Virus record (IMG/VR): IMGVR_UViG_3300005647_000006
Direction: 5' to 3' (one strand)
Length of the DNA: 42,734 bases
Source of the DNA: a virus
In this document: one piece after another, positions 18,268-27,670 of the stretch
Numbering within the stretch: position 1 is the stretch's first letter
Layout of the letters: every line of letters begins with the position of its first letter
The notes under the pieces: model-generated
What the model saw: only the letters and a program-made list of their open reading frames with translations
Database searches by the model: none
Told to the model about the DNA's origin: nothing
Translations under genes and position numbers: made by a program

Positions 18268-19119
18268 TTAATCGTCTTCAAATAGATAAATATTTTCTAT
18301 TGCTGATTTAATTTGCGTATATTCATCTTCATTTCCTTTCGCAAATCCATTAATATTTAATAACGATAAACTTTTATGATCTTTAACTTCTAATAAAGAC
18401 ATTTGAATTGAATTTTTTACTTCTGGATTTACATAGGCACCAAAAATCCACGGTCTTGCTATACTTGGAAATCGCGTCAATTCTTTAATTTCAACACCTC
18501 GCTCGATCAAACTCTTAAATACAGCCTCGGTTATCGCACCCACTTCATATTCTTCATTGCCTATAGAATTACCAACTAAATCATATCTTCCAAGATAAGT
18601 TATATCACTCAAATCAGAACCACTGATGCCATTTTTGCGTAAAAATTGTTGTGATAGATATCGTCCGACTGATGATGCTTCATCACCAAAAGCAAATGAC
18701 TTACCTTCAATATCTGCAATATCTTTAATGGTAGAATTTTCATTAACTATGATTATGCCGTAATATTCTTTAACATCTCTAGTTAGCTCAACTGCTGCTA
18801 TTGAAATATCAGGATTTTTTTGTTTGGCTTGAACATAACTAACTGGGCCAAAGCGAACTAAATCAAAATCACCCTTGACGAATGCTTCCAATGCTTCGCT
18901 GTAGGTTTTAGTTATTTTAATTTCGATTGTATAATCAACGCCCGTATCTTCTCTGAGCCTACGTTCTAATAATTCTATGATTGGAGTGTATTTTTTAATT
19001 AACCAAGATGGTTTTTCAGACGAATATAAGCCAAAGACAAGCTCATGATCATTGTCTTTGTTTGAATGCGCAGATATTGGTACTAGTGAGAGAACCAATA
19101 ATAACAGTAAATGTTTCAT
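18268..19119 (-). CDS. PhnD-like phosphate/phosphonate ABC substrate-binding protein
   Basis: Signal peptide; GPVSYV, YYGIIIV, GKSFAFGDEASSVG motifs. Confidence 0.85.
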   Translation of the reverse strand: MKHLLLLLVLSLVPISAHSNKDNDHELVFGLYSSEKPSWLIKKYTPIIELLERRLREDTGVDYTIEIKITKTYSEALEAFVKGDFDLVRFGPVSYVQAKQKNPDISIAAVELTRDVKEYYGIIIVNENSTIKDIADIEGKSFAFGDEASSVGRYLSQQFLRKNGISGSDLSDITYLGRYDLVGNSIGNEEYEVGAITEAVFKSLIERGVEIKELTRFPSIARPWIFGAYVNPEVKNSIQMSLLEVKDHKSLSLLNINGFAKGNEDEYTQIKSAIENIYLFEDD

Positions 19120-19153
19120 AATTGCTAAATCCTAATATAGTATTTAGCAATTA
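19119..19153 (-). promoter_or_regulatory. Late promoter CTAAATA within a 12-bp RBS-occluding hairpin
   Basis: TAATTGCTAAAT / ATTTAGCAATTA perfect inverted repeat. Confidence 0.75.
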
Positions 19154-19585
19154 ATCGTATATAATGTCCGAATCGTAGTCTTCTGAATCATCCTTTTCTG
19201 TTGTTGTTTCTACATCAACGAAAAGATTAAGATCTAAATCATGCTTATTTCGATACTCTACCGTCTGCTTAAATACTTTGCGAGCAATTGATAGAAATTC
19301 CACGACTGGAGACAGTCTCAGGACTTCTGTGGGGCTTTCAGCTAGACATACTGTAGTGCCATCACTTACTGAAATAATGCCGCCTGTGGCTGCTGTAGTT
19401 GGATGCCAGTAGAAACTAACCATATGGTCAGTTTTATTTTTGGGGGAGCGATTTAATCCGATATATACCTGATGTGGATTGATGTATTTTGTTTCAGAAT
19501 TAATAAAAACAACCCATATAGGTCGAGCTACATAATCACACAGTTCAAGTTTGTCTTGAATGATTAAATTCATTACGCACAACAA
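19151..19585 (-). CDS. Hypothetical protein
   Basis: ORF track. Confidence 0.65.
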   Translation of the reverse strand: MLCVMNLIIQDKLELCDYVARPIWVVFINSETKYINPHQVYIGLNRSPKNKTDHMVSFYWHPTTAATGGIISVSDGTTVCLAESPTEVLRLSPVVEFLSIARKVFKQTVEYRNKHDLDLNLFVDVETTTEKDDSEDYDSDIIYD

Positions 19586-19998
19586 TCTTGTTTTTTACGA
19601 GAAAATAGATTTAATAAATGAAATGAAATTAATAATGTTCCACCAAGAATAGCAAAAATGGGATTTTCTTCGTGTGATTCAGCATGTGGACTGAAATTTG
19701 GAGCATCTACATGAGTGATGCCGTGTGCATGTCCTGCATGACTAAAAAATTCAATTGCTAAATCGGTTCCTAATAATAAAATACCAGCAATTCCAAAAAA
19801 CAAAACAATGTGTTTACAGTGATGTTTGTAGGCGTGGTAAATGGCATGACCTGAAATTATTAAAGCCAATGCAAAAAATACTGAGTGAAATGCTATTGAC
19901 CCCAATATGAGAAAAAATGGTACTGCCAAGCAATGAATAATGCAAGCACAAGATACAATTATTCCAATGTGATCATTTATTGATTTTTTTGTTTTCAT
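19573..19998 (-). CDS. MerC-domain, His-rich membrane protein
   Basis: DxIGIxxSxACIIHCLAVP and ILGGTLLISFHLLN motifs; His-rich loop. Confidence 0.8.
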   Translation of the reverse strand: MKTKKSINDHIGIIVSCACIIHCLAVPFFLILGSIAFHSVFFALALIISGHAIYHAYKHHCKHIVLFFGIAGILLLGTDLAIEFFSHAGHAHGITHVDAPNFSPHAESHEENPIFAILGGTLLISFHLLNLFSRKKQDCCA

Positions 19999-20024
19999 GT
20001 TCAGAGTATATCCTATTAAAACCT

Positions 20025-20048
20025 AAAAGGGAAGCATATTGCTTCCCT
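20025..20048 (-). terminator. Rho-independent terminator after hsp20
   Basis: AGGGAAGC-AATAT-GCTTCCCT-TTT. Confidence 0.75.
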
Positions 20049-20070
20049 AATAGTTATTAAAATCACAGAA

Positions 20071-20541
20071 TTAATTAATATTGATTTCCTGCTTTTTTGG
20101 TTCTTCTGTGTTATCCATAATTTCAATTCGCAAAAGACCATCTACAAAATCCACCTTTTCGATAGTCATATCAGGTGCTATTGTAAAAATCTTCTCAAAT
20201 TTCTTTTTGGATATTCCACGGTGCCGATATGAACGAGTTGGATCTTCACCAGTTGAATCGTCGTTAAATGTTTTCATATCTGGTTTGGTTGCAATCGTTA
20301 ATTTATTATTGAATGTCGATACCGTTAAATCATCTTTCGTGTAACCAGCCAAAGCTAATTCTATAAAAGCTTTCTTATCTATACGATAAATGTCGTAAAA
20401 TGGAAAAGATGAAATCTTCCCAGCATTATCGACGGTTCTGGATACAGTTTTGAACATATTTTCAAAATCGTCAAAACCAACGGTTTTTCCAAAGATGTGA
20501 TCAAAAACTGAATTCAGGGGATCTGTGTTAGTGTTTTTCAT
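20071..20541 (-). CDS. hsp20: Small heat-shock protein (Hsp20/IbpA family); start revised to 20541
   Basis: FPFYDI, IELALAG, YRHRGIS..F..IF, DGLLRI; AGGAG RBS. Confidence 0.92.
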   Translation of the reverse strand: MKNTNTDPLNSVFDHIFGKTVGFDDFENMFKTVSRTVDNAGKISSFPFYDIYRIDKKAFIELALAGYTKDDLTVSTFNNKLTIATKPDMKTFNDDSTGEDPTRSYRHRGISKKKFEKIFTIAPDMTIEKVDFVDGLLRIEIMDNTEEPKKQEININ

Positions 20542-20610
20542 AATATTTCTCCTATTAAGCAAGTTAAATTAAATTGTGAGCCTTCTAAGAAGCACTCACA
20601 TATATTTATA
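20542..20610 (-). promoter_or_regulatory. Late promoter TATAAATA plus ROSE-like RNA-thermometer 5'UTR
   Basis: Upstream hairpin and CUUGCU-UAAU-AGGAG hairpin. Confidence 0.7.
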
Positions 20611-20795
20611 TTAAAAAATCAGTAGTGTTGTTATTATTGTTAATATTATACATATTAACAATAATGCACAAATTTCGCTGGTATTTTTTATACTTTTATT
20701 AACAGAATCATATAATTTAATAAAAAATATTATAGTCAATAAAGCAAAGCACCATGCAAAGAAATACAATTCATTCATATAAATTTAATATCCTG

Positions 20796-21371
20796 TTAAA
20801 ACATCACATTAGTTAGTAATTCTAAATCTTTTTGGTATTCATCGTGAGCAGCTTGTGCTTCTGGAGTTCTGCCTAAGATAGCAATCGCTGCAAACATTTG
20901 ATATTTCAGCAATCCACTATTGGTGTTTGTACGAATCCATTTGGCTTCATCTATGTTAGTACCATTTGAATCGTATTCTTTGAAGTAATGCGATAATCCC
21001 TGATCTTCATCATCAAGGATGGCAAACGAACCAACATAGTGACTGTCATAATATTCTTTTATTTCTATACCGTGATGACTTGATGACATTGAGCGCCTTA
21101 GAGTTCTATCGATAAATCTTTCTCTTGGAAGTGTCATACCAGCTTCTACTAAGAATTCGTATAGTTGATCATCCGAATGTTCATGTCGCCAGTTCGTGCT
21201 AAAGACAACATCACAACCAGTCTGTATCATGATGATTTCGATCATAGCTACACAGCCACGAGAAAGTATCATCGATACGTCTTCTTTTTTAGCGCGAGCG
21301 GAATATTCCATTAGGCTGGCGTCGTTGGTGATTACACCATCAAAGTCTAAAAATAGTATTTTGTCATTCAT
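20796..21371 (-). CDS. HAD-family phosphatase (Swiss Army Knife RNA-repair type); start revised to 21371
   Basis: FLDFDGV, VFSTNWR, FAILDD, GL motifs; TATAAT 6 nt before ATG. Confidence 0.85.
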   Translation of the reverse strand: MNDKILFLDFDGVITNDASLMEYSARAKKEDVSMILSRGCVAMIEIIMIQTGCDVVFSTNWRHEHSDDQLYEFLVEAGMTLPRERFIDRTLRRSMSSSHHGIEIKEYYDSHYVGSFAILDDEDQGLSHYFKEYDSNGTNIDEAKWIRTNTNSGLLKYQMFAAIAILGRTPEAQAAHDEYQKDLELLTNVMF

Positions 21372-21407
21372 AATCCCATTATAATGCAATGAGATTAAAA
21401 AATAAAG

Positions 21408-22019
21408 TTACTTGTCACACAATTCAGTACGTAATTGGTCTAATTCTGCCTTATATTCTGGTGGGAAATCTACTTTATAGGTTAATCCAATACGCAGGTA
21501 TCGTAGGACAAATGCACACTTATTTTTGGGAGGTAGCCATTGAGTTGGATTCTTTGCACCCTTAGCTCGATTTAATGAAGCTTCGACTGCTGCTAAATTA
21601 ATTGGATCGTTCGCAAATTCTTTACGTTTTTCTGGAGTCCATTCATGTGAGCCGTTCAACCAACTGTCTTTCAAAGAAAAAATATGATCAATATCTACAG
21701 TACTTGCATCAGTTAAAATATCATCCGTGAATATTGAAATCCAACGACCTCTTACTACTCGACATTCTTTATCATCTGCATAATAAACCGGACTGGTCGA
21801 TTGATTAATCAATTCTTCTTGTCTTGTATTTTGACAATCTCTATCAACATCAGCCCAACTACTACCAAAATTCTTTCGTTCATATTTTGGTACATCAGTA
21901 CCTTCTACTCTACTAACATCTGCAATTAATATTAAAATTATTAATACGAGACTCAATACTAACCTAAAGATTAGTGTCGCATTGAAGATGCCTTTAATTT
22001 TTTCGTTTAGTTTACTCAC
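21408..22019 (-). CDS. Membrane-anchored HNH nuclease (DUF1524 type)
   Basis: W.D.D.DCQNTR, DIDHI, FANDP.NL.AV..S.NR.KG...W.PP; N-terminal TM. Confidence 0.88.
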   Translation of the reverse strand: MSKLNEKIKGIFNATLIFRLVLSLVLIILILIADVSRVEGTDVPKYERKNFGSSWADVDRDCQNTRQEELINQSTSPVYYADDKECRVVRGRWISIFTDDILTDASTVDIDHIFSLKDSWLNGSHEWTPEKRKEFANDPINLAAVEASLNRAKGAKNPTQWLPPKNKCAFVLRYLRIGLTYKVDFPPEYKAELDQLRTELCDK

Positions 22020-22024
22020 ATAAA

Positions 22025-22062
22025 CCTCCCTGCAATTAACCTATTTATCAATCACAGGGAGG
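22025..22062 (-). promoter_or_regulatory. Late promoter GATAAATA in the loop of an SD-sequestering hairpin
   Basis: CCTCCCTG...CAGGGAGG. Confidence 0.8.
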
Positions 22063-22070
22063 GTATGGTC

Positions 22071-22928
22071 TTAAATCACTGCTAAGTTTGTAGAACAATG
22101 TGAACAAAAGTTAGCAGATGGCTTGTTTTTCTTCTTACATGTAACACAAACCTTTTTTTCTCGTGATTTTTGTACACGTTTAACTGGTTGATTATCTGCG
22201 GTTTGTCCAAGTAATTTCATAACAATTACATGAGTTTCTTCTTCTACTGGAAAGCCAGAAACTGTTATAAATTTTTGATCTGATATAGAACCCGGCACCG
22301 TTATACCATTTTCACTTTCTGGCTCATCCATACCTTGTGGAGTTACCACATCTGAAGTTGTTGCTGAAGAAGCTGAAAGATTAGCATTGACTGACATTGT
22401 GGATACCATGTCAGGTGTGCTACCAACGCTCTGACTTCTTAGAAAATTATTTGATGTTACCGTAGGTTTAAATTGCTCAGGATTAAATTCAGTACCTTTA
22501 TTCCATTCAGTTGGGCCATAAATCTGATTATTTCCATCTGGTTTATATTCCCACATAGGAAACATTATTGGATTTCGTATTACTTCTTTTTCGAATTGAT
22601 ACTCGACACGAACAATACCATCTTCAACGCCAATCCCACGAGTTTCTTCGATTGATCCAGTACGTTCTATGAATCGGAAACGATTGCCATAATCATTGTC
22701 TTTAACAAATCGTTCTATATCGATTGATTGATTTGCTTTGACGATAATTCCACCATCACATACATTATTACCATCAAGAGTAATATTAACGATAGCTCGT
22801 TTGTTGTTAAGATTTTTAATTAAAAGTGAATATTCACATCCATATGGAAGGTATATTTTATCACCATCTTCGCGAAGTATTTTTCCGTTGTTTTTAATGC
22901 ACACTACTAGTTTTTGATTGAACACCAT
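22071..22928 (-). CDS. Conserved-type phage protein with C-terminal zinc ribbon
   Basis: GKILRE..IYLPYG.EYS..IKNL; GITVPGS; CVTC..FCSHC. Confidence 0.8.
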   Translation of the reverse strand: MVFNQKLVVCIKNNGKILREDGDKIYLPYGCEYSLLIKNLNNKRAIVNITLDGNNVCDGGIIVKANQSIDIERFVKDNDYGNRFRFIERTGSIEETRGIGVEDGIVRVEYQFEKEVIRNPIMFPMWEYKPDGNNQIYGPTEWNKGTEFNPEQFKPTVTSNNFLRSQSVGSTPDMVSTMSVNANLSASSATTSDVVTPQGMDEPESENGITVPGSISDQKFITVSGFPVEEETHVIVMKLLGQTADNQPVKRVQKSREKKVCVTCKKKNKPSANFCSHCSTNLAVI

Positions 22929-23057
22929 TAGGTTTCTCCAAATTGTAAAGTGATTCTGACTAGCTCACTTGTTAATTCTTAAAGTCAGATTGGTATTATT
23001 ATTTATGTCTCTCACACAAACGGTGAGTATAAATAATTAAGTGTTAGAGATTATTAT

Positions 23058-23396
23058 ATGAAAATTGAAGAATTAATGCAAGATGATATAGAATTAAAAA
23101 TTCTGTGTGAAGGTGAAATTCTTGAAGAAGTTGAATATCAAGGCAAAAAAGTCACGCTTGGCAAACCAACTAGAGATACTGGTGGAAATAAAAAATTCAA
23201 GGTTTATGTAAAAAACGATAAAGGTAATATTGTTTGTGTTCGTTTTGGTGATCCTGACATGGAAATCAAACGGGATGATCCTAAACGTCGAAAGGCTTAT
23301 CGTGCACGACACAACTGCGAAGATCCCGGCCCTCGTTGGAAAGCAAATTATTGGAGCTGTAAACAGTGGAGAGCTGGTGCGAAGGTGATGGATTAA
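23058..23396 (+). CDS. Small basic T4-like-phage protein with capsid-targeting-like N-terminus
   Basis: KKFKVYVKN..G...V.FGDP.M...RRK.YRARHNC...YWSC; TATAAATA at 23028. Confidence 0.85.
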   Translation: MKIEELMQDDIELKILCEGEILEEVEYQGKKVTLGKPTRDTGGNKKFKVYVKNDKGNIVCVRFGDPDMEIKRDDPKRRKAYRARHNCEDPGPRWKANYWSCKQWRAGAKVMD

Positions 23397-23399
23397 TTA

Positions 23400-24002
23400 T
23401 TAAATATTATCCAATGGATCTAATGCCAAATTAAATGATTCGTTTTTATGTTTTATAAGATCTGTAAACACTTCCCCTATTATACAGTAAATAAATTTTA
23501 TGATTTGCTCGCTGTAATATTCGAGAGCGACGTTATTATAACTTGAATGTGGAAATACATCTAAATTATTTACTATAGTTACTCCATGTTTTCTGTAAGT
23601 TAATTTGTTTTTTACTGGAATTGCAGAAATTGTCAATGCTCCAAAACTACGATTAATTTCATTGATTTCATTGATTTCGATATTATATCTTATATCGTAT
23701 TCATTTTTTGGTTTTGGTGGTGTTAAAGAAACTCCAGAAGATACATGATTATCTGATTGTGCTTCAAAATAATAAAAACGAAACAAAATTTCAGATATGC
23801 CACCATCTTGTATAAGAGAAGACATGCGCTCGATTGTCAGTTGGTCAAAGAATCCATACTTGGTATGTGTGCCGGTGCCGGTTGTTATGAACATGCTATA
23901 CAGATTGAGATAATCATTAGAAATTAACTGTTGGGTGTCACCAAGAGTTAAGTCATTTGGTGCAAACTTTTCATCTACACCCCGAACGACTACGGTTGAC
24001 AT
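23400..24002 (-). CDS. Hypothetical protein ending LDPLDNI
   Basis: Coupled ORF. Confidence 0.75.
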   Translation of the reverse strand: MSTVVVRGVDEKFAPNDLTLGDTQQLISNDYLNLYSMFITTGTGTHTKYGFFDQLTIERMSSLIQDGGISEILFRFYYFEAQSDNHVSSGVSLTPPKPKNEYDIRYNIEINEINEINRSFGALTISAIPVKNKLTYRKHGVTIVNNLDVFPHSSYNNVALEYYSEQIIKFIYCIIGEVFTDLIKHKNESFNLALDPLDNI

Positions 24003-24301
24003 TATCCCTCTTGCTCTTTAGCAGATCGAGATTCTGAGGGCGGCTGGAATTTATCCCTTGCTCTGTTATATCCAGCAACAAAACCATATTCAGCATATTG
24101 TTGTGGAGTTAAATTTTCTTCCCACGGTTTATAATCTAATGCCCAATCATTAGCAAGTTCTTCGGGAGATTCATCATCACGCTCTCTTGATAACTTTAGG
24201 GCATTATGCATTTGAATAGCATATAAAACATATCCGAATGCCATACTACATAATCCTACTACTATATAAGAAAAATACAATGGTATATTTTCAAAACTCA
24301 T
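24002..24301 (-). CDS. Membrane-anchored hypothetical protein
   Basis: N-terminal TM; AGGA RBS. Confidence 0.75.
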   Translation of the reverse strand: MSFENIPLYFSYIVVGLCSMAFGYVLYAIQMHNALKLSRERDDESPEELANDWALDYKPWEENLTPQQYAEYGFVAGYNRARDKFQPPSESRSAKEQEG

Positions 24302-24310
24302 GATTATTCC

Positions 24311-24514
24311 TTATGTGGGAGAGGCGTTTCTCATATGTAAAACTTTCATAGCTTTACTTTTATCACGTTTACGACCATTGCCATTAACAATATCCAATAG
24401 TGCTTGTGTGGACAGTTGCAATGCACCTTGAGTGCTAGACCGAGTTCCAATTTTATGTTTAACTCGAATTGTATTAAATGATTGTTTAGATATTGCTATT
24501 TTTGACTTTGGCAT
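24311..24514 (-). CDS. Small basic hypothetical protein
   Basis: GAGG RBS. Confidence 0.75.
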   Translation of the reverse strand: MPKSKIAISKQSFNTIRVKHKIGTRSSTQGALQLSTQALLDIVNGNGRKRDKSKAMKVLHMRNASPT

Positions 24515-24515
24515 T

Positions 24516-24749
24516 TTATTTCCTCTGCATGGTCTTTATTGTGTAATCCATTTTAGCTAATTGAAATATAACTGTCCAATCAGCACAATATGGATCTACA
24601 AGCTCTGGTATTGGATAAGATTCAACTGTAATCATATAACCGTTTTCATGGGTTAATACACGATCTGTACTATCGTGCCTATTGATATATAACTGTGCTT
24701 TGAATATATCTCCATACACATTAATATATCGTATTAAATCACCCATCAT
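24516..24749 (-). CDS. Hypothetical protein
   Basis: ATGA-coupled. Confidence 0.7.
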   Translation of the reverse strand: MMGDLIRYINVYGDIFKAQLYINRHDSTDRVLTHENGYMITVESYPIPELVDPYCADWTVIFQLAKMDYTIKTMQRK

Positions 24750-25084
24750 GATTTTTTAGTAGTAGCCTTCTTTTTTGTTGTTGGCTTCTTAGCAGTTTTC
24801 TTTGCAGCGGGTTTTTTCTTAGTTGCTACTTTTTTCGCTGCTGCGGTTGGAGGTGTCTGCTCTGCTTTTGGTAATTCAGGCATTTCCTCTGGAGGTGGTG
24901 CTTCTAATAGTTTTTTAATAGCAGCAACACGAGTTAGGTCACGAGAAAGTACATGGCATAAATCATCTAGAGCTGCATTATAACCTTCATTCCATGTACG
25001 ATCAGGAGTGACTGGTGCTCTATGCATTCGAATATCTTCAATTACATCTTCTAGTTCAACAGTACCATCTTTTGTAATTTTCAT
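24746..25084 (-). CDS. Protein with histone H1-like K/A/P/T tail
   Basis: AAKKVATKKKPAAKKTAKKPTTKKK. Confidence 0.8.
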   Translation of the reverse strand: MKITKDGTVELEDVIEDIRMHRAPVTPDRTWNEGYNAALDDLCHVLSRDLTRVAAIKKLLEAPPPEEMPELPKAEQTPPTAAAKKVATKKKPAAKKTAKKPTTKKKATTKKS

Positions 25085-25099
25085 TATATGTTCCTTAAA

Positions 25100-25462
25100 T
25101 TAAATTTCTACTTTTGCGTAATTTTTAAAATTCATATGATCAATAATAAACTGAATTTTCTTTTTACCAGTTTCATCAAAATCATCAACCAAATAATCAT
25201 TATCTGGATCGTTAAACTCAATCATGTAATCAGCCAAATTCTTTTCAAGAAAATGTCCACCACCGCAATTATAACCTATTGTAATGTCGAGGCCGGGTTG
25301 ATCTTCGGCTAAATCAAGAATTATTGATTGTGGTACTTTTAGTCGCTTGGCTAAATCACGGACTGTTAAATCAGTATCTTCATTGGTCATTACAGCACCA
25401 AGTAAAGCAACTCGTAATTTAAGCCATTCGTTAAGTGAAAAATCGTTTGCAGTTCTTGTCAT
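25100..25462 (-). CDS. Putative HTH DNA-binding protein
   Basis: LTVRDLAKRLKVPQSIILDL. Confidence 0.65.
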   Translation of the reverse strand: MTRTANDFSLNEWLKLRVALLGAVMTNEDTDLTVRDLAKRLKVPQSIILDLAEDQPGLDITIGYNCGGGHFLEKNLADYMIEFNDPDNDYLVDDFDETGKKKIQFIIDHMNFKNYAKVEI

Positions 25463-25536
25463 TATTATACTCTCATTGAAAATTAATTATATCTTTAATT
25501 AATTAATTTTTATTAAAACTGTGTCCCACTTTCTGA

Positions 25537-26010
25537 TCAATCTTCGTTAATTTCACCAACTACTTCACTCAATGCTTGTTGATAGCCCATGTAATATAGA
25601 CTGTTCTTCATAGCAGCATTTGGGCTGGCTTCCATCTTCTCCATTAAATTAGATGTTACTCTCAGAATAGCCTCTGGGCCACTCTCTACGGGATCGGAAA
25701 TATCTTCCCTACCGATAGACCATCCAAAGGGGATATCGTCGTCATCAAGGGTTTCTGCTATTAGCAGAGCTTGTTCTTGGGTGTCAGTGTGGGTGATATA
25801 AACTGATCCGCGCTCATCTGGCGCTAGTGCGACGTAGATAGCCCACACTTCTTGAAATTCCATTTTTTCAGAAATCATTACAGGGCCGTGAGTCACGTCT
25901 ATAACCATTCCCTGATCGTTTGTTATTCGATACAATGAATCTTTAATTTTCTTAACTTTCATATCTGGTTTTCTCCAGTAGCGAAAGGCAGTATACAGCG
26001 AGTGATACAA
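25537..26010 (-). CDS. Hypothetical protein (probable start near 25962)
   Basis: GGAG RBS before internal ATG. Confidence 0.7.
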   Translation of the reverse strand: MYHSLYTAFRYWRKPDMKVKKIKDSLYRITNDQGMVIDVTHGPVMISEKMEFQEVWAIYVALAPDERGSVYITHTDTQEQALLIAETLDDDDIPFGWSIGREDISDPVESGPEAILRVTSNLMEKMEASPNAAMKNSLYYMGYQQALSEVVGEINED

Positions 26011-26039
26011 ATAAACACAATTAATATGTTATTTAATTT

Positions 26040-26375
26040 TTAATTTTTTCGACGTTTTTTAACCAACTTTAATGGGCGGGGTTTTTCAAAGGTAATTCCC
26101 TTTTTGTATGCTGGACGCCAAGCACCAAAACACTGCGAATGCTCTTTATCTACTGCGTATAAATCTTGTGAAAATTCTTCTTCTTCACCACCACTTAATG
26201 TGACGGCTTGACCAGAAGAATTAACTACATCAAAATTATCCGCACCATGTGAATTTTTAATATCAGAAAACCAATGTGCTGGTGCACCAAACCATAAACT
26301 TTTTTTAGGGCGCTTGCCATCATCAGGTCTTCCCGATCCTTCACCACCTTCTATTAGCCACTGTTTGAAACTCAT
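26040..26375 (-). CDS. Putative internal head protein (MSFKQWLIE leader)
   Basis: Leader resembles T4 internal-protein capsid-targeting sequence. Confidence 0.6.
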   Translation of the reverse strand: MSFKQWLIEGGEGSGRPDDGKRPKKSLWFGAPAHWFSDIKNSHGADNFDVVNSSGQAVTLSGGEEEEFSQDLYAVDKEHSQCFGAWRPAYKKGITFEKPRPLKLVKKRRKN

Positions 26376-27670
26376 TACAACTTATCCAATTCACCGTTAA
26401 CGTTATAACCAATTTTTGGAACCGTAATGCTATTAACATATGAACGCAATGAACGAGATTCACCACCTTGAGCAATGAATATAGCAACATCACTAGGTAT
26501 ACGATATAACATTGGTCCCATAAGAGTAGTCATAAAGGTTTGTGCTTCTTTAAGACCAGAAACAGTTCCCTTCTCAAGCATTCCACGTAGATCATCAAAA
26601 GCATTTGCAAGATCAGTATAGAAAACTTTATCATCAGTTTTTGTACTGATTAATTCTTCAGCAGTTTTTCTTGCATCAGCAGCACTTTCTTTTAATTGCT
26701 TTTTAAGTGCTGGTGGTATTTTAAGTTTAACTTCATCTTCGTTATCAAGTGCATCTTGCTCAGATGGTTGATAAATTCTAGATTCTTTATCTTTCATACC
26801 ATACACAGTATCGTATTTTGGTGATGGTTTAATATCACCATTGAAATTACCTGCTACTTTATTTACGGTTTTCAATACATTATTAGTCGAATGATCAGCA
26901 TAGTAATGCTCATTTACTGTTTTACTTTCCTTAACACATTTAGCACAAGGCTTTTTCGCTTCTTTAGCGTGATAATCGGCGAGATTAGCAGTTGGCTTAG
27001 CAAGCTCATGTCGTTGCTTACTAAGTGATTGAGCCTTAGTTCGATTTAATTTTTCTAAACGTGTGTGGCTCTTGTTATGTGCCAAGCAGCTCTGACATGA
27101 AGTATCTTCCGTAACTTTATTAATTTTGCTTTCAGTATCTTTCAATGTTTTTGCCTTTGGTGATGGTTCGTTATTTTTCTTTTTTTCTATTTCTTCACAC
27201 GAAGCGCATTGACCCATTGTAGAATTCTTTACATGTTTTTCTGAGGCTTCTAGATTTCCTTGTTCCTTTTCTTCTCTAGACTTTACAAGTTCTTCGCGTT
27301 TGTACTCACCACAAGTACAATTAGAGTGTGGGCTTCCAGCATCTTCGGTTACAGTTTCTGCTTCTTTAGAAGCTTTTTCTTCAAGTTCATTTTTCATAAG
27401 TTTGGCTCGTCGTTTGGCTTCTCGTTCAGCTTTAGATTTATCATCTTTATTAAAGATTGCGATAGTATCTAGGCATTTGCGGGTTTTTATATTCTTATAG
27501 AGCTTAGTTATGGTATTAATTAATCCTTGAGCATTAGTTCGATGAACATACTCTTTATAATCAACAGAATCGCGACAATCAAGTACCAACCAAAAATCGT
27601 TAGCAGTTCCACGCTCAGTGGCTTCAGCTAATACACGACTATTAATTGCACTTAATTCTTTGTAACTCAT
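26375..27670 (-). CDS. Putative internal head (poly)protein with Cys/His modules
   Basis: VLAE/VTE/VNE sites; CxC and CxxC pairs; late promoter at 27707. Confidence 0.6.
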   Translation of the reverse strand: MSYKELSAINSRVLAEATERGTANDFWLVLDCRDSVDYKEYVHRTNAQGLINTITKLYKNIKTRKCLDTIAIFNKDDKSKAEREAKRRAKLMKNELEEKASKEAETVTEDAGSPHSNCTCGEYKREELVKSREEKEQGNLEASEKHVKNSTMGQCASCEEIEKKKNNEPSPKAKTLKDTESKINKVTEDTSCQSCLAHNKSHTRLEKLNRTKAQSLSKQRHELAKPTANLADYHAKEAKKPCAKCVKESKTVNEHYYADHSTNNVLKTVNKVAGNFNGDIKPSPKYDTVYGMKDKESRIYQPSEQDALDNEDEVKLKIPPALKKQLKESAADARKTAEELISTKTDDKVFYTDLANAFDDLRGMLEKGTVSGLKEAQTFMTTLMGPMLYRIPSDVAIFIAQGGESRSLRSYVNSITVPKIGYNVNGELDKL

